Shown here one piece after another: positions 31,935 to 47,200 of a DNA stretch of 64,000 bases (positions within the stretch are counted from its first letter, which is position 1; each line of letters begins with the position of its first letter). The notes below the pieces were generated by a model. The model saw only the letters and a list, made by a program, of their open reading frames with translations, was not told the origin of the DNA and did not search any database. The position numbers and the translations under genes were made by a program. Source of the stretch: the human T2T-CHM13v2.0 reference genome, Homo sapiens; NCBI RefSeq assembly GCF_009914755.1, contig NC_060930.1; one strand, 5' to 3'.

Positions 31935-31967
<33 letters not shown>
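31920..31967. repeat. (CA)n microsatellite between MIR fragments
   Basis: Direct reading. Confidence 0.9.
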
Positions 31968-31970
<3 letters not shown>

Positions 31971-32409
31971 GTAGATTATGAGTCAGAAAACCTGACTTCG
32001 TAAGATCTGGCTTTATCAAGAAATAGTAATGGGACCTAGAACAAGTGATTTAAAGCTTCCAGCTTCCATATATTCAATATCAAACAAGAAGATTGGGCTA
32101 GAATAAATGTGAAGTCTATTCCATGATTCTAATCCTGTAATGTGTTTGTTTACTGTGGTAAATGTGCAGTTCTGGATGGCTATCTCACTAATTTTGCAGC
32201 TATGTTCTCAAATAATATTTAGTACCTAACCCAGACACCCTAACGGTGGAGGGAACTGGGCAAAATGTCACCATATTCTCAAACTCCTATCTAAGTAAGT
32301 GAAAATGTTGGCTGAAAAGAAACTTCTTAAGGTGTTAGTAGGTAAGATTTAGTAAGAACATTTTCATCATGACTTCTCTAAGACTTTACAATGGTTTAAT
32401 ATTTTCTTT

Positions 32410-33080
32410 TACTTACATCTGGAATGTGCCTTAACATTGACCCTCCCTCCATTCACTCTGTATCTAAGGTCCTCATCATCTTTTCCCTATTATTCAGTAG
32501 CTTCCTAACTGGCCTTCCTGCTGTAATGGTCTTTCCATCCCACTTCACTTCCTACCATAGTGCAATAAATATTTAACAAAACATAACGTAATTTGGTAAT
32601 GTTAATCCATATTTAAAGACACTCACCATAGCCTCTAGGATCAGATGCAAACTACTTAGCACAGCATAAAGGCCTTGTAGCCTCTGGTTCTTGGCCTACT
32701 TTGTAGTCAAGACAATCTTGTCTCCCTTCTCCTTAGGTTCTGGCTACATTAAACTTTTTCATATTCTCTAAATGCTTATGACTCTTTCAAGCCCTGAGGA
32801 TTTTTGCCCACATAATTTAATTCTGCCTGAAGTGCCTTCCGCCTTTTCTACTCCTGTTCCTGATTCAAGATTTGGATGAAGTGTCACCTTTTCTGTGAAG
32901 CTGTCACTCTCATAGGCTTGAATATCGTTCTACTAGAGGATTTATAATATTCATTGTAACGACTTATATGGTTTTTCCCACACTAAAGATCAGCCCTTAA
33001 AAAACAGGGAGTCATGTACTCATTTTTACATCTCAGTGTTTAGTTTACCATCTGAAAAACAGTAAGTGCTGAACGAAGAT
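32410..33080 (+). mobile_element. L2 fragment
   Basis: tagcttcctaactgg; ttctgcctgaagtgccttcc; cagtaagtgctgaa. Confidence 0.6.
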
Positions 33081-33537
33081 CTAACATACTGTCTGGAGTG
33101 ACATTCTACCACACCTCAATTTTATTTTCTCTTGCAATATTCTTATTAACACTTATAAATGCCCCACAAATTTTTTTCCACCTACAACTTCACAAGCCTC
33201 ACTCTTTTCTGAATTCCAACTGCATCTAAGTCAGTCACTATCATGTAGTTTAGCACATTTCTTAATGACTTCAGGTATCTCATGTCTCAATTACAGAGCA
33301 AACTCCTCAGGATGGCTTAAGGTAATTAAAATAGGTTAAGTAACAAATGCATATAATTATTGATATTTTATATACTGTGATACCAGAGATATCATCTGAT
33401 TCTTTAGACAAATTCATATACCTAGAATCTCCAAAGTTCTGCCTTTTTTGTATGTACCTTAATTTGGAGTTTATTACTTTCAAATATGTCTTATTTCGGG
33501 GCAAAACAGAAAGGTATATAACTGCCCTTGCACTTAC

Positions 33538-33663
33538 CTGGGATTCATGATAAGACGTCGGAAAAAGTAAGTCCAGGTGATATAATCCAATGCATCTTGC
33601 TTAGATGTAATTGTACCACCAGCAATCTCTGCATTTAAGTGGTCAGAGAGCACTCCTAATAAA
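33538..33663 (-). CDS. ASCC3: ASCC3 coding exon, 126 nt: (S)[41 protein letters not shown], winged-helix region
   Basis: Acceptor ctatatag, donor AG|gtaagt; frame continuous. Confidence 0.96.
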
Positions 33664-35239
33664 CTATATAGTGAACAAGACATGGGAAGCATACAAGAGC
33701 ATTAAACTAAAAACACTGAAATTTATCTCACATAGTCAAGATTCAGATTTTATGTTCTAAGATAAAAACAAATTTGTTTTATATAACTTAAATATTTAGT
33801 ATATAATTTTGTATACTGTGTAAATAATTCATTCCAAATTATTTAGTGGGAATTTGGTTCCAACATACTTTAACCATGAGTCTATAAATCACTTAGTATC
33901 ATGAACTCAGGTGAACCCGTATTATTCACCAGTACATATATGTGTTCTCATTTTCTTTTAAAGAAGTATGTTATAATTTTCATTTAAATGTGAATAAAAA
34001 GTGGGCTAGTTAGAATGTCACAAAAGTACTATTATAATAATATTTTTCCAGATTAAGTTAACAGTAGTAATAATTTGTTGAAAGCAATCACTAGTGCCTG
34101 TCACATGGTATGTACTCAATAAATGGCACTTATCACTACCAATCATTTTTGGAAAATAAATTGCTAGGTGTAAAATAAATACAAGCTGACAAAAAAAAAG
34201 CTACTGACTTTCAGGAGATGAGGACAGCCACGAGAGGTAGAGTAAGAGCAGGCAACAGAAGAGATATCTTGCAGAGGAAGGAAGAGCACAGGTACAGGAC
34301 ATGGAGCAAGTATAGAATAAGTACTGAGGCAGATTAAAGGAGAGTTGACAAAGAGATGCTATTTAGAACAGAAAAGTGAGCAAATATATTCTCTTCATTA
34401 ATTTGTAAATATTAAAGTCCCTAGTCATATAAGACATTATGTATTAGGTGTTGTGGAGTACACAAAGATAATCAGATGTGTTGAAAGACTGGTATAACAA
34501 AATGTTTAGTTTAGTTTCTTATGTTAAATATAAAAAAGGAAGCAATGTTCAACAAAAGAAAAAGCTAAGTAAAACTATAATTCATGGAAAAATATGCAGG
34601 TATTAAAAATAGTTTTTGCAAAGGACACGAGAAAATAGTTATAATAAGTTGAATTTTTAAAAAAGTTGCTATGTTACTCTCAGGTCACCAGCTGCAGACT
34701 ACAAATTGGTCCAGTCAATTTTGAGATCAAATTTGTAATATCTATCTGAACAATCACTATGAACCAGCAATTTCACTTTTTCATTATGATCTGCTAGAGA
34801 AACATTTACATGTGAGAATAGGAAAGAAAATCTTTCACTGCAACGTTATACATAAGAGGAGAAAACTGGAAATTCTCTAGGTGCACATTAATAGAGAAAT
34901 GAATAAATAAATTATGAAATACTATGTAATACATAAAATAATAACGGTCATATCAAGGTACAAAACCAAAAAAAAATTTAGTTAACTTTTTATCGAAGTA
35001 TACACAGAAAAAATTACATAAATTATATAGGTACAACACAATTAATTATTACAATGTGAACACAGTTGTGTAATCAACATCAACATCAAGCATTGAAAGT
35101 GTCCCAGAAGCCCTCCTGTTGTGCTTTTCTAGTCCCTTTCTTCTCAAAAGAATATTTGGACTTCCATTTCTTTTTGTTACCTTACTGCAGTGGTTTGGGC
35201 CTGTAGCTCAATGCTTACTGGAAGAAGTGACAGCAAAAT

Positions 35240-36150
35240 CCCTCTATCATTTCCTATCTCAAAGGGAAAGCTTTCAATATCTTCTTATAAATTATGATGT
35301 TTGATATAGATTTTTTGTAGATATTCTTTATCAGATTAAGAACATTCCCTCATACTCCTGCTTGCTAACAGTTTTATTATAAATAGGTATGGAATTTCAT
35401 CAATTTTTTTTACATCTATGAAATGATTATATGATTTTTCTCATTTTTGTTCATGTGGTGAATTATATCCATTCATTTTTCAAATAATCATCTTTGCATT
35501 TATAGAATAAGCTGCATGTGGTAGTAATATATTATCTTTTTATACATTGCTTGATTTGATTAACTATTGTTTGTTTAGAATTTCTACATCTATATTAATG
35601 AGAGACGTTTGTTATATTCCCTTCTCGTAAATTTTTTATCAGGTTTTGGTATCCAAGTTGTTCTGGTGTCATAAAACAAGCTGGCAAGTATTCTTCCCTT
35701 TTCCACTACTAGGAGGAGATTGTGTACGATTGATGCTATTTCACCCTTAAATGTTATGAAGAATTCACCATTGAAGCTTCTGGGTCAGAAGATTTCATTC
35801 TAAAAGATTTTAAATTTCAGATTCAATTGCTTTGGATAGATGAGAGACTATTTAGATTTTCTATCTTTTTGTGTCAGTTTTAGTAATTTTTAAAAGAAAT
35901 TTTACTATTTGATACAAAATTTAAATATTATTTGCATTAGGTTGTTAATATCCTATTATTATTCCAGTCTGTGATATTTTTCCATTCCTGATATTTAGAC
36001 TAAAAAATTTATCAATTTTATTCATCCTTTTAAAAGAACCAACTTTTGGTGTTGTTGATTTTTCTCTAGTTATGTTTATTTTCAGTTTATTAATTCTTAC
36101 TCTTTTTCTTTCTTTGAGTTTAATTCGCTATTTTTTTTTCTAAATTCTTG
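35240..36150 (-). mobile_element. Old L1M ORF2 fragment
   Basis: tctcaaagggaaagctttcaat; ggttttggtatccaag; aaagaaccaacttttgg. Confidence 0.7.
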
Positions 36151-36174
36151 AGATCAGTACTTAGACTACTAATT

Positions 36175-36470
36175 TTTTTTTCTTTTTCCTTTATTTTTCT
36201 GCAGATAGAGTTTCACCCTGTTGCTCAAATTAGAGTGCAGTGGTGTTACAACACATGTACCTCAAGCTCCTGGGCTCAAGCAATCCTCCTGCTGCCTCAG
36301 GACCACATGCATGAACCACTATGCCTGGCTAACTTTTTTTTTTTTTACTTTTTTGTAGAGACAGGATCTATCTACGTTACCTAGGCTGGTCTCAAACTCC
36401 TGGCCTCAAGCAATTCTGCCTCAGCCTTCCAAAGTGCTAGGATTACAGGTGAGAGCCACCTTGCCTGGCT
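36175..36470 (-). mobile_element. AluJ-like element (diverged)
   Basis: ctcctgggctcaagcaatcctcc; ccaaagtgctaggattacagg. Confidence 0.85.
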
Positions 36471-36859
36471 GACTTTTTAAGTTTTTAAAATCAACATTAT
36501 TAGCACTTATAAAAAATAAAAAGAACCAACAATTATATACAGGATAAATCAGATGTTTTGTCTTCAATGCAGTTAGAATATGGTAAAGGAGATCCAATAT
36601 ATAGAAAAGGACTATGATAAAAGGTAGAAAGTGATAAGTATTTATAAGTGAAAAATACCTAAACCTGAAGGAAGAAAGGTTATTTTCAGCTGAGAATACA
36701 AGAGAAGACTTTGAGAAAGGGGTAGTGGTTACTGGGTCCCAAAAGAGGTATAGGATGATTCTCAAATGAGCCAGCAGCCTAAATCATTAATTACATGCTC
36801 CCTTATTTGGGATATTTATTTATTAACTGTACAACTGTACTATGAAAACCCTCACCAAA

Positions 36860-37100
36860 CTAATACTTTATTAAATGTTTATTATGTGATAGACACTGTT
36901 CTAAGCACTATGTATTTGATTATTATTAGTACTCTATGAGATAGCTGGTCTTGCTACCATCTCCATTTTACAATAGGTGCAATAAGGCAATGAGGTGTTA
37001 AGCAACTTGCTCAAGATCAAGCAAGTAAATGGTAGAGCTCAGATTTTCACCCTGGTCATCTGGCTTCATAGTCAATGCGTCTGAACACTGTACTATACTG
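36860..37100 (-). mobile_element. MIR
   Basis: cactgttctaagcact...ctccattttaca...aagcaacttgctcaagatc. Confidence 0.7.
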
Positions 37101-37295
37101 CTTATTTTAAAAAGTTATTTTTAACATTTAAATTATAATTGAATATTGTCATAAAGTGATAATTATATTGTTTCACATTATATTAAATTCTTCTAAGCTA
37201 CCTGTTTTACTGATTTTTATATAATAAAATATAACCAGAAAAACACCAACTTGTGATTAAATAAATCCATTTAAACTAATTTAAATAAGATTTAC

Positions 37296-37428
37296 CTTGA
37301 TTCTACTGGGAAAGGTTCATAAAGAAATTTTTTATAAAAGTCTTTCTTTATGTCATGAACTAGAATTACAGCTTTGCCTTGGTCATCGAACTGCGGCCTC
37401 CCAGCACGCCCCATCATCTGGAGGACAT
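37296..37428 (-). CDS. ASCC3: ASCC3 coding exon, 133 nt: (D)[43 protein letters not shown], motif VI
   Basis: [12 protein letters not shown] motif; acceptor ttttaaag, donor AG|gtaaat. Confidence 0.97.
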
Positions 37429-38467
37429 CTTTAAAAGAGAGAACAAAGAGATATTCTACAATGTGGCATATAGCACAAGGTATATTTACTGATTATGGCA
37501 TGCTTCTATAATCAACCAAATAACAAAAGAAATAGAATATTGTGATAATATGTTTGCTATGTTGATGGCTACTACTACGTTGAGTTCCCTAAATTAATAT
37601 AATTAACTCAGAAAATTGATAAATAAGCAAGTAACTATGATGAAAAACTGAGTCTTTGAAAGGGTCTTTCTTAACATTTATAGATGTAAGAAAGATGAAA
37701 ATTCCCTTTAGTGGAATGCTTTAAAATGCTGTTTAATAGATATTATTTTAATTAAATAAGAAAAAGTAAAAAATAAAATATATATACAAAAATCTTTTCA
37801 GCAGAGTCATTTGATTATTTTCCCCGTGAATAATGAACCCATTTAGGCCTTGTCCTCCCTGCACCCCGGTATAAAATTTCTTTCTTTTAGTCTACATAAA
37901 TCTCTGAGATAACTAATGATTTAGAAATGATACAGCTTTTACATGTATTCATTTAGTGGAAATATACATTGAGTGTATTTCCCTTTTTGAACTCACTGAA
38001 AATGCTTTTATCATGTTTTAAAATATCTTAACAGAGTCTTCATGCATAAGTTGTAGCAATAAACACTTTGGTTCTGGAAATCCCATGGAGGTATCATTTC
38101 TAGTGAAACACATTTAAAATTAAGCAAAACAATACTTAGTCATAATTTACTAAGGAATTTCACTAATAGCTCCTAAGAAGTACTTTTATCTATTTATAAA
38201 TTTGAAACCAACTTTGGATGGCTTAATAACAAGTACTTTAAGCCACTTATTATTTTCTTACTTTTGTGTAAGTAAAAGTAAATACAGCAGCAATATTTTG
38301 TATAATATTTTAACTGAAAACAAAAAGTCTATAATTGCTTATCATCTGTTTAAATGTGACCAATTCTCAGAAGTTTAATTGGTGGAAATTCAAATTAATT
38401 ATTCAAATTCAAATTTACTCAGGGTAAAATAGAGCTTCATGTATTTCTGTGAATTTAAGAAAATTAC

Positions 38468-38588
38468 CTGTAATGGGAAAATCCACATAACGTCTTGTTT
38501 TTCCATCATAGTATTCTGTTCCCTTAATAATTACTAAATGAGCTGGAAAGTTTACACCCCAGGCTAATGTGCTTGTAGCAATAAGAAC
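38468..38588 (-). CDS. ASCC3: ASCC3 coding exon, 121 nt: [40 protein letters not shown], motif V
   Basis: Acceptor tttttag, donor G|gtaatt; follows a 90-nt intron. Confidence 0.97.
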
Positions 38589-38678
38589 CTAAAAAGCAAA
38601 ATAAAATATCTTATATCTAAGTAAAATATAACTTTTAAGTTACATTTAAATATGTGTTCACTGGAGAAAAAAAAGTAC

Positions 38679-38816
38679 CTGAACTTTACAGTTTACAAAT
38701 AGTTCCTCTACTGTTTTTCGGTCCCTCTCATGTAGTCCAGCATGATGCATTCCTATCCCGAAAGCAAGGGTCAGCTTGAGGTTGGAATCTCTTACTGTTG
38801 CAATGATGTTCTCCAT
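38679..38816 (-). CDS. ASCC3: ASCC3 coding exon, 138 nt: [46 protein letters not shown]
   Basis: HHAGL motif; acceptor ttgcag|ATG, donor CAG|gtactt. Confidence 0.96.
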
Positions 38817-39741
38817 CTGCAAGTAAAAACAAAATTACAAGATGTAGATGCATAACTTTAAAATTTTCATTAATTTTTCATGTTTCAAAAAACATTAATT
38901 TTGTCTTTATGTTATTATATGGACATAAAATATAAGTCCTATATACAGTTATGATTAAAGTTCAACTAACTGAAAAGAATATCTACTTGGTGAGAATATA
39001 TACTCTAAACACACTAAAGTTTAAATGTTATCCATCTTATTTTTATGCATCAAGAAAAAAAATCTGTAGATAAATGATATGTTCTTTAATGAGTAACAAC
39101 CATTAAAAAGGATGCAATATTTCAGTGTCTCTGTTCATCTCTTGTTATAAAAAACACTGTTTTTGAAGTTCAGTGCCAAAAATTTTAAAAATACAGACCA
39201 AAAAATAGTGGAAAAAAAAAATCAGCCATAATCCTTGCAGACAGAAAGAAATTGTTCCAATTTATGCTTTCTTACAGAACTTATTGGCCCTGAACAAGTC
39301 ACACAACCTCACTAAGCCTGTTTCTTTAACTGTAAATTTGAAATAATAACAGTAATCTTATATATGCATTTAATTTTCCCTAAAGCCCTGTAATAGTAAA
39401 TACTATTATTCATCCTATATGTAAATTTAGTAATGATAAAAGGATACATATACCTATTCAAAAATTGTTTTCCAGAGAGGCACACAGCTATAAACATATT
39501 AGCATCTCAATGTTACTATGTTCTCAAAACTCTGAATATTATTTAAAAAATCAAACTGGTGTATTTTTGTTTACTTCTTATCTTCGATCAATAGTACAGC
39601 TAAACACTTTTTATATTTATTGGCTGTTTTATAATTTACCTTTTAATTTTTTAAGTCGATGTGATAGCCTTTTTTTTTCTAATTGGCTTGTGATCTTTTT
39701 TATATATTAACGATATTAACCCCTTGTCCATCATATGCTAG

Positions 39742-40989
<1,248 letters not shown>

Positions 40990-41549
40990 TGCTATAAATA
41001 TTTTTGCCCCCAGTTTTTTATTTGCACTTTATTTTATTTATGCTTTAACTTTATGGACCTAAAATTGTAAATCGGTCCCTTATGTTTTGTTGCTTAGAAA
41101 ACTTTTCCTAAATATATACATACATATTTCCCCATTTCTTCAACTTCTGTTATAGTTTTATTTTTTAAATTTAAATAATTATCTTGTAATTTATTTTTGT
41201 ATAGAAACTATGGTAGAAATCTAAGTTTAGTTTTCCTAAATAATTAACCAATTATTCTAGCAATATAGGTTAAATACTTCCTTATCTTACTTTAAATGCT
41301 ACATTTAGTATATTCACAATTTTTATATATTATAATTTTTACATTTTTAAACATTTCCAGCCTGAGTTTAGCTCACTAAACTGTCATATATCTAAATGGT
41401 TTTTGAAACTCATGTTGTAGAAACGCTCTCTGAATATTCTATCACTTTCCATTCAACATGGAAAATACTTAAAGTAACACAAATTTTATGGGAAGAAAAA
41501 GCAAATCTTATTTTCTTACAAAATTTGTTGTAAAGAACTAAATAGTTGT

Positions 41550-41858
41550 GGCTGGGTGTGGTGGCTCAAACCTGTAATCCCAGCACTTTGGGAGGCCAAG
41601 GTGGGTGGATCATGTAAGGTTTGAGGTCAGGAAATCGAGACTAGCCTGGCCAACATGGAGAAACCTCGTCTCTACTAAAAATACAAAAATTAGCTGGGCA
41701 TGGTGGTGCATGCCTGTAACCCCAGCTACTCAGGAGGTGAGACAGGAGAATCGCCTGAACCCGGGATGCAGAGGTTGCAGTAAGTTTAGATCATGCCAGT
41801 GCATTCCAGCCTGGGCAACAGAGCTAGATTCTGTCTCACAAAAAAAGAAGAAAAAAAG
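41550..41858 (+). mobile_element. AluS
   Basis: ggctgggtgtggtggctca...A-rich tail. Confidence 0.93.
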
Positions 41859-44800
41859 AAAGTCCAGTTTCTTTGTTTCAGATAGTTCTCTGTCCTTGAA
41901 GCAGAGGATAACATAAGGCACAGCATAAGGAAGTTCTTTCCGGGAAACTCCATGAGGAGAATAATGTTAAGACCAAGTGATTTGAGAAGACATGAGCACT
42001 GAAAAGAAGGATACATCTCTAAAGTTTCACCACCACATTCCAGCAGTAAGCAACAGGGGAGAAGTAACTTGGAAATAGTAAATGCATAACTTTTATATGC
42101 CTGAGATAGAAGTATAAAAAAGTGACAATTTCTTCAGATCTTATTTCCTTTTTTCTATTAGCAACCTCTAATATATATAAGCATGCTTGCAATATACTTA
42201 GTAGCTTGTCTGTGCATAAATCAATAAGTAGATCACAAAATCCTCAGCTTGAGAAACTATTGCTGCTGCTGCAGTTTAGTAAAAATGTATGAAAATATCC
42301 ACATAATGAAACATTCCAACTGCTTTCTTGTTCATTTTATTTTCACTAGTCAGAAAAATTTTCTAAGTTTTTTTTTAATGTGGAAGCAAGCTGTTTTATA
42401 CTTATAATAATCCATAAAATAGGACAATAAAGTTTAGCTTTATAATAATTACTAAGGTATTAAAAAAGCACTGTACAAACTAGGTGATATTTTAATGACA
42501 TACACATAAGAAATGTTATTTATCAACTTTCACTGAACTGAATACAATGTCTAAATAGCTCATGTATAAATAGTTCATTCTGTTTGGCCACCTAGTATTC
42601 TTGTATTATTTACTTTATGAACTGTTAAGCAGGAATATGGAAATATATTAGTATGAATCCACTTTACCTTAAAATTAGCACAGGACATGTAAACTGACTA
42701 TAAATGCATGATATAAGGAAAGGTGCTTGTCTTGTCTCATAAACTACATGTTAGGTATTCTCATTAGACAACTTATTCCCCATTTTTTGTTCAATAGTTC
42801 ACAGCATAAAATGTCTTCAATTTACACTACAAGGAACTAATTCACTGGTGTCCTTGTTCTAATAATTAGTTTGAGAGATTTTTTTTCACTTTTAAACTTA
42901 CATAAGTATATATAACTTGTGTAATTTGTAGTGCCCCGTGGCAATGCCAATCATACCCAAAGAATAATGAATCATTTGCCATAGGAAAGCTAAAGAATCC
43001 TCTGGCAGAAGGTCTGGTGAGGCATTAATATTCTGTCTTTTACACCAGGGAAGGCTAACAGTTTCTCAATCTCCTAGACCCCACTTTCACATAAATCAAT
43101 GCAGTAAAGAGAACTGTTTGTTTATCTGAACTGGCAAAGACTTAACATCCTCATGAAGACAATCGCACACACAAAAAACTTCATTTATTACATGGTTTCT
43201 CTGGATGAATTTCAAATTATTTGAACATCATAAAAAGCAAAATTTATAGCTGTTAATCATTAAGCACAAAATACTACTAGGACGGCCTATACAAATTTGA
43301 AAATCTAATTTTTTGGATTATATACATCTTTGTTACTGTACTTAAAAATAAGTTTCATCTTGATCAAAACATCTTAAGACAAGCAAAAGTATTCAGGAAC
43401 TTAGGATAATGAAAGTTTAAAACATGACAATAGATATAATTTGTTGAGCACTTATAATATGCCAGGCATTGTGTTTATCACTTTACAAAGATTATCACAT
43501 TTAATCCTTTATATAAAGTAATATAGTCCTAATATAACAATTAATTTATACAACTGAGTATATGTCAAATGGAAAGACCCAGTGATTTTGAATACTAAAG
43601 AGTATAGTTTCTTAGCCCTGGTTCCATGAGAGAATTAACCCCCATAAAAAATACTTGGGTTACCATCTTCTCAATTTTTCTAGTGATAGCTAGTACTTTT
43701 CTAGATGGAGAGGAGACAAGTTTATTTTATACATAAAATGGATGCCTTAGGACATTAAGGCTTAATTCTTGTTAAGAAGAGTTGCTATAGAATTAAAAAA
43801 AAAAACCATGATAAATGAAACACTGATAGAAGAAGTTTTACTTCCATAGTTCATTTTTGTTCAACAAATTATTTGTTGTAATGTATAGGTGTCTTTCCAA
43901 TAAATAGCCTTTGAAATATGTCTGACCACCTGATTGTTAAAAAAATTATTCAATATTATACGTAACAGAAAAACAGATCTATGTTATTCTAGGTAGTGAT
44001 CTTTTTCTTAAGGTTGGGGGGAGGAGGCACATATGTAAACTGTTGAACCATTTACTTTAACTTAATAGAACTTTTTTACATTTTATATTTATTATACTCA
44101 AAAAGCTTTTGTAGAAATATAGATTCCATTTAAGTAGATACATTACTCTGTGCCTGAAATACATTCCAGTCGAATATAATTCAGTGAGTTGATGACAACG
44201 TTGGCACCAAAAGGAGGAGACCAGATTGAACAAGAATGAGCTAACAGATTGTGCAGCCCAATTCTGTCCTTTTGAATGTGATATATTGTTTCAAGATGCT
44301 AAAAACCCATACTTTCTCAAAGCATATCTGTTGTGCTGGTTTTCTCATTTTCACAGAATCCTCATTATCAGAACTCTATACTCTTTTCAAAGCATGTCAG
44401 ACTCAGACCATATGCCACTGAATAATGCTTATCAATTGTCTGAAATGCTCAATAAAAGATGTACCACAGAAGAATCATAAAAGTTCTGAAGTTTTATTTT
44501 TAAATAAAAATAATTAAATCTATCATATCTGGTACAGATATTAAATGACACTAAAACATTTCCTTATAATCACCAAATGTTAATTTCTTTTAATACAAGT
44601 CTGTATGATAAACCCCATACACTGAAGGAAGAAAAACAATGAAACATTTTACAGCATTCTACTGATACACTAATAAAAAAGAATTCAAGAAATAAATGAA
44701 TTAAAAAGAATAGTTTCTAAACTGTATCAATACTCCCAAAATTTATACTTCGTTGCTCTTTCTGACGCTCAAAGACAAGCACACCTCAAAATGATTTATC

Positions 44801-45039
44801 ATACTTTCAAAATATAAATATATTTATATGTGATTAAATTACATGTGAAGTAAATATATAAGTGAAATATAAATTAAATGTACAAATGAAATACAAACAA
44901 TAACAGCTAAATCTTTGCTATTTTGCCAAATATACACAATACTATTTTCAATGTTTGCTTTTTAGTTTGGCTTAATTCTTTTTTTCTTTCTTTCTTTCTT
45001 TTTTTTTTCAGGAAAGCATGCTTAAATTTGTCTTAAAAT

Positions 45040-45912
45040 ATTTTTTGAGGGAGGGGTACAAGCAGAATCTATTACCTGTCTAGATTGCGTAGTGGGCAAG
45101 TCAGGGCTTTTAGGGTACCCATTACCTGAATTGGGTACATTGTACCCATTAAGTAATTACTCATAGTCTACCTCCCTCCTACTCTGTCACCCTTCCAAGT
45201 CTCCATTGTATATTATTCCTCTCCATCCATTTGTATAAATTAAATTTTTTTAATTTTATTTTTTGTGGGTACATAGTCACATGTATACATTTTTTAGCAT
45301 CCACTTATGAGTGAGAACATGCAATATTTGGCTTTCTGTGTCTGGCTTGTTTCCCTTATGATAATGACCTATATAGTTCCATCCATGCTGATGCAAAAGA
45401 CATGATTTCATTCTTTTTTATGGCTGAATAGTATTCTATTTTGTATATATACATTTTCTTTATCCAATCATTTATTGATGGATACTTAGGTTGATTCCAA
45501 TCATTTACTGATGGATACTTAGGTTGATTCTGTATCTGCTATTGTGAATAGTGCTGCAATAAATATATGAGTGCAGGTATCTTTTTGATATACTGATTTC
45601 TTTTTCTTCGGGTAGACACCTAGTAGTAAAATTGCTGGGTGGAACGGTAATTCTATTTTTAGTTTTCTGAGAAATCTCCAGACTATTTTCCATAGAGGTT
45701 GTTCTAATTTACATTCTCACCAACAGCGTGTAAGAGTTCCCTTTCCCCTGCATCCTCATAGATGATAATAGCCATTTTGACTGGGGTAAAATAATATCTC
45801 ATTGTGGTTTTAGTTTGCATTTTTCTGGTGATTAGTAATGGTGAGCATTTTTTCATATACTTCTTGGCCATTTGTATGTCTTCTTTTGAAAAATGTCTAT
45901 GTCCCTTGCACT
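45040..45912 (-). mobile_element. L1MA-type 3' fragment
   Basis: cacttatgagtgagaacatg; ORF 45505..45693 is L1-like. Confidence 0.85.
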
Positions 45913-46927
45913 TGGCCTAATTCTTAATAAAAGCAGTATCAAAACTGGGTTGTAGGGTAAGATATTAAAGATTTTTTCTTATTCATGTTTTTAATTTAAT
46001 TTGGCACGCTGTTGGTAGGAAATCCCAGTGTAAGCACTTCATATTTATTTCTGATTATAACTTTTATCTTTATTTCCATTGTTGAAGAATTTTGATTCTA
46101 ACTCATATTTAGCATTTCCATATATTGAAAAACTTTAAAAATGCAGATAAAGGTAATGAAAGGGACATTATAAAATTTTCGAAAGTAGTATATTGTTAAA
46201 TGCGTAATTATGATATTAACATGAATTAAATTTGTGAAGGATCACAGCAGGCAAAAAGGTACAAATATAAGATCAGATTTTACCACAACTCTCAACAAAG
46301 AGAACCTATAAGGTATAATTTCATGTTGCTATACAATCACAGTAATAACAGTTAATATTTATTAAACATTTAACTATGTTTCGGTATCTTAAACGTATTA
46401 ACACATGTAATCCTCACAACATTCCTATGAGGATGGGTTTCCTATTATTCTCTTTCATAACTGAAGAGATGGCGCGCAGAGATTAATCCTACCAAGGCCA
46501 CATAGCTTGTAACAGGCAGTCAGTATTGACCAAGAAGCCTGGCTCCAGTCCATCCTCTCAAGCACAATGCCACCCTCTAATCACTACATGAATAAGAGGG
46601 ATATTTAGTTAACTAATGAAAGTAATAATATTATTAATCAGGCTTAAGGGTGAGCCCCAGTGTTTTAGACTACATGCAGAAAACAAGTAAGATTTGAAAT
46701 AATGAGTAATGTATTTGAAATAATGAGTTATGAAATAATGAGTAACTCTATGCAGATGATTTATAAATCTATTTTTTATTAATTTCCCACTTCTATGCCT
46801 AAAAATGAAGAATGTCTAAAATTATTTTCTTTTTTAAACTAAAATATTACCTTTTTCAACTATCTTCATGATTGAGAATGGCACAGCTCCTGTTGTTTGC
46901 TCGTTTGATATTTCAGCTACTAATTTT

Positions 46928-47200
<273 letters not shown>

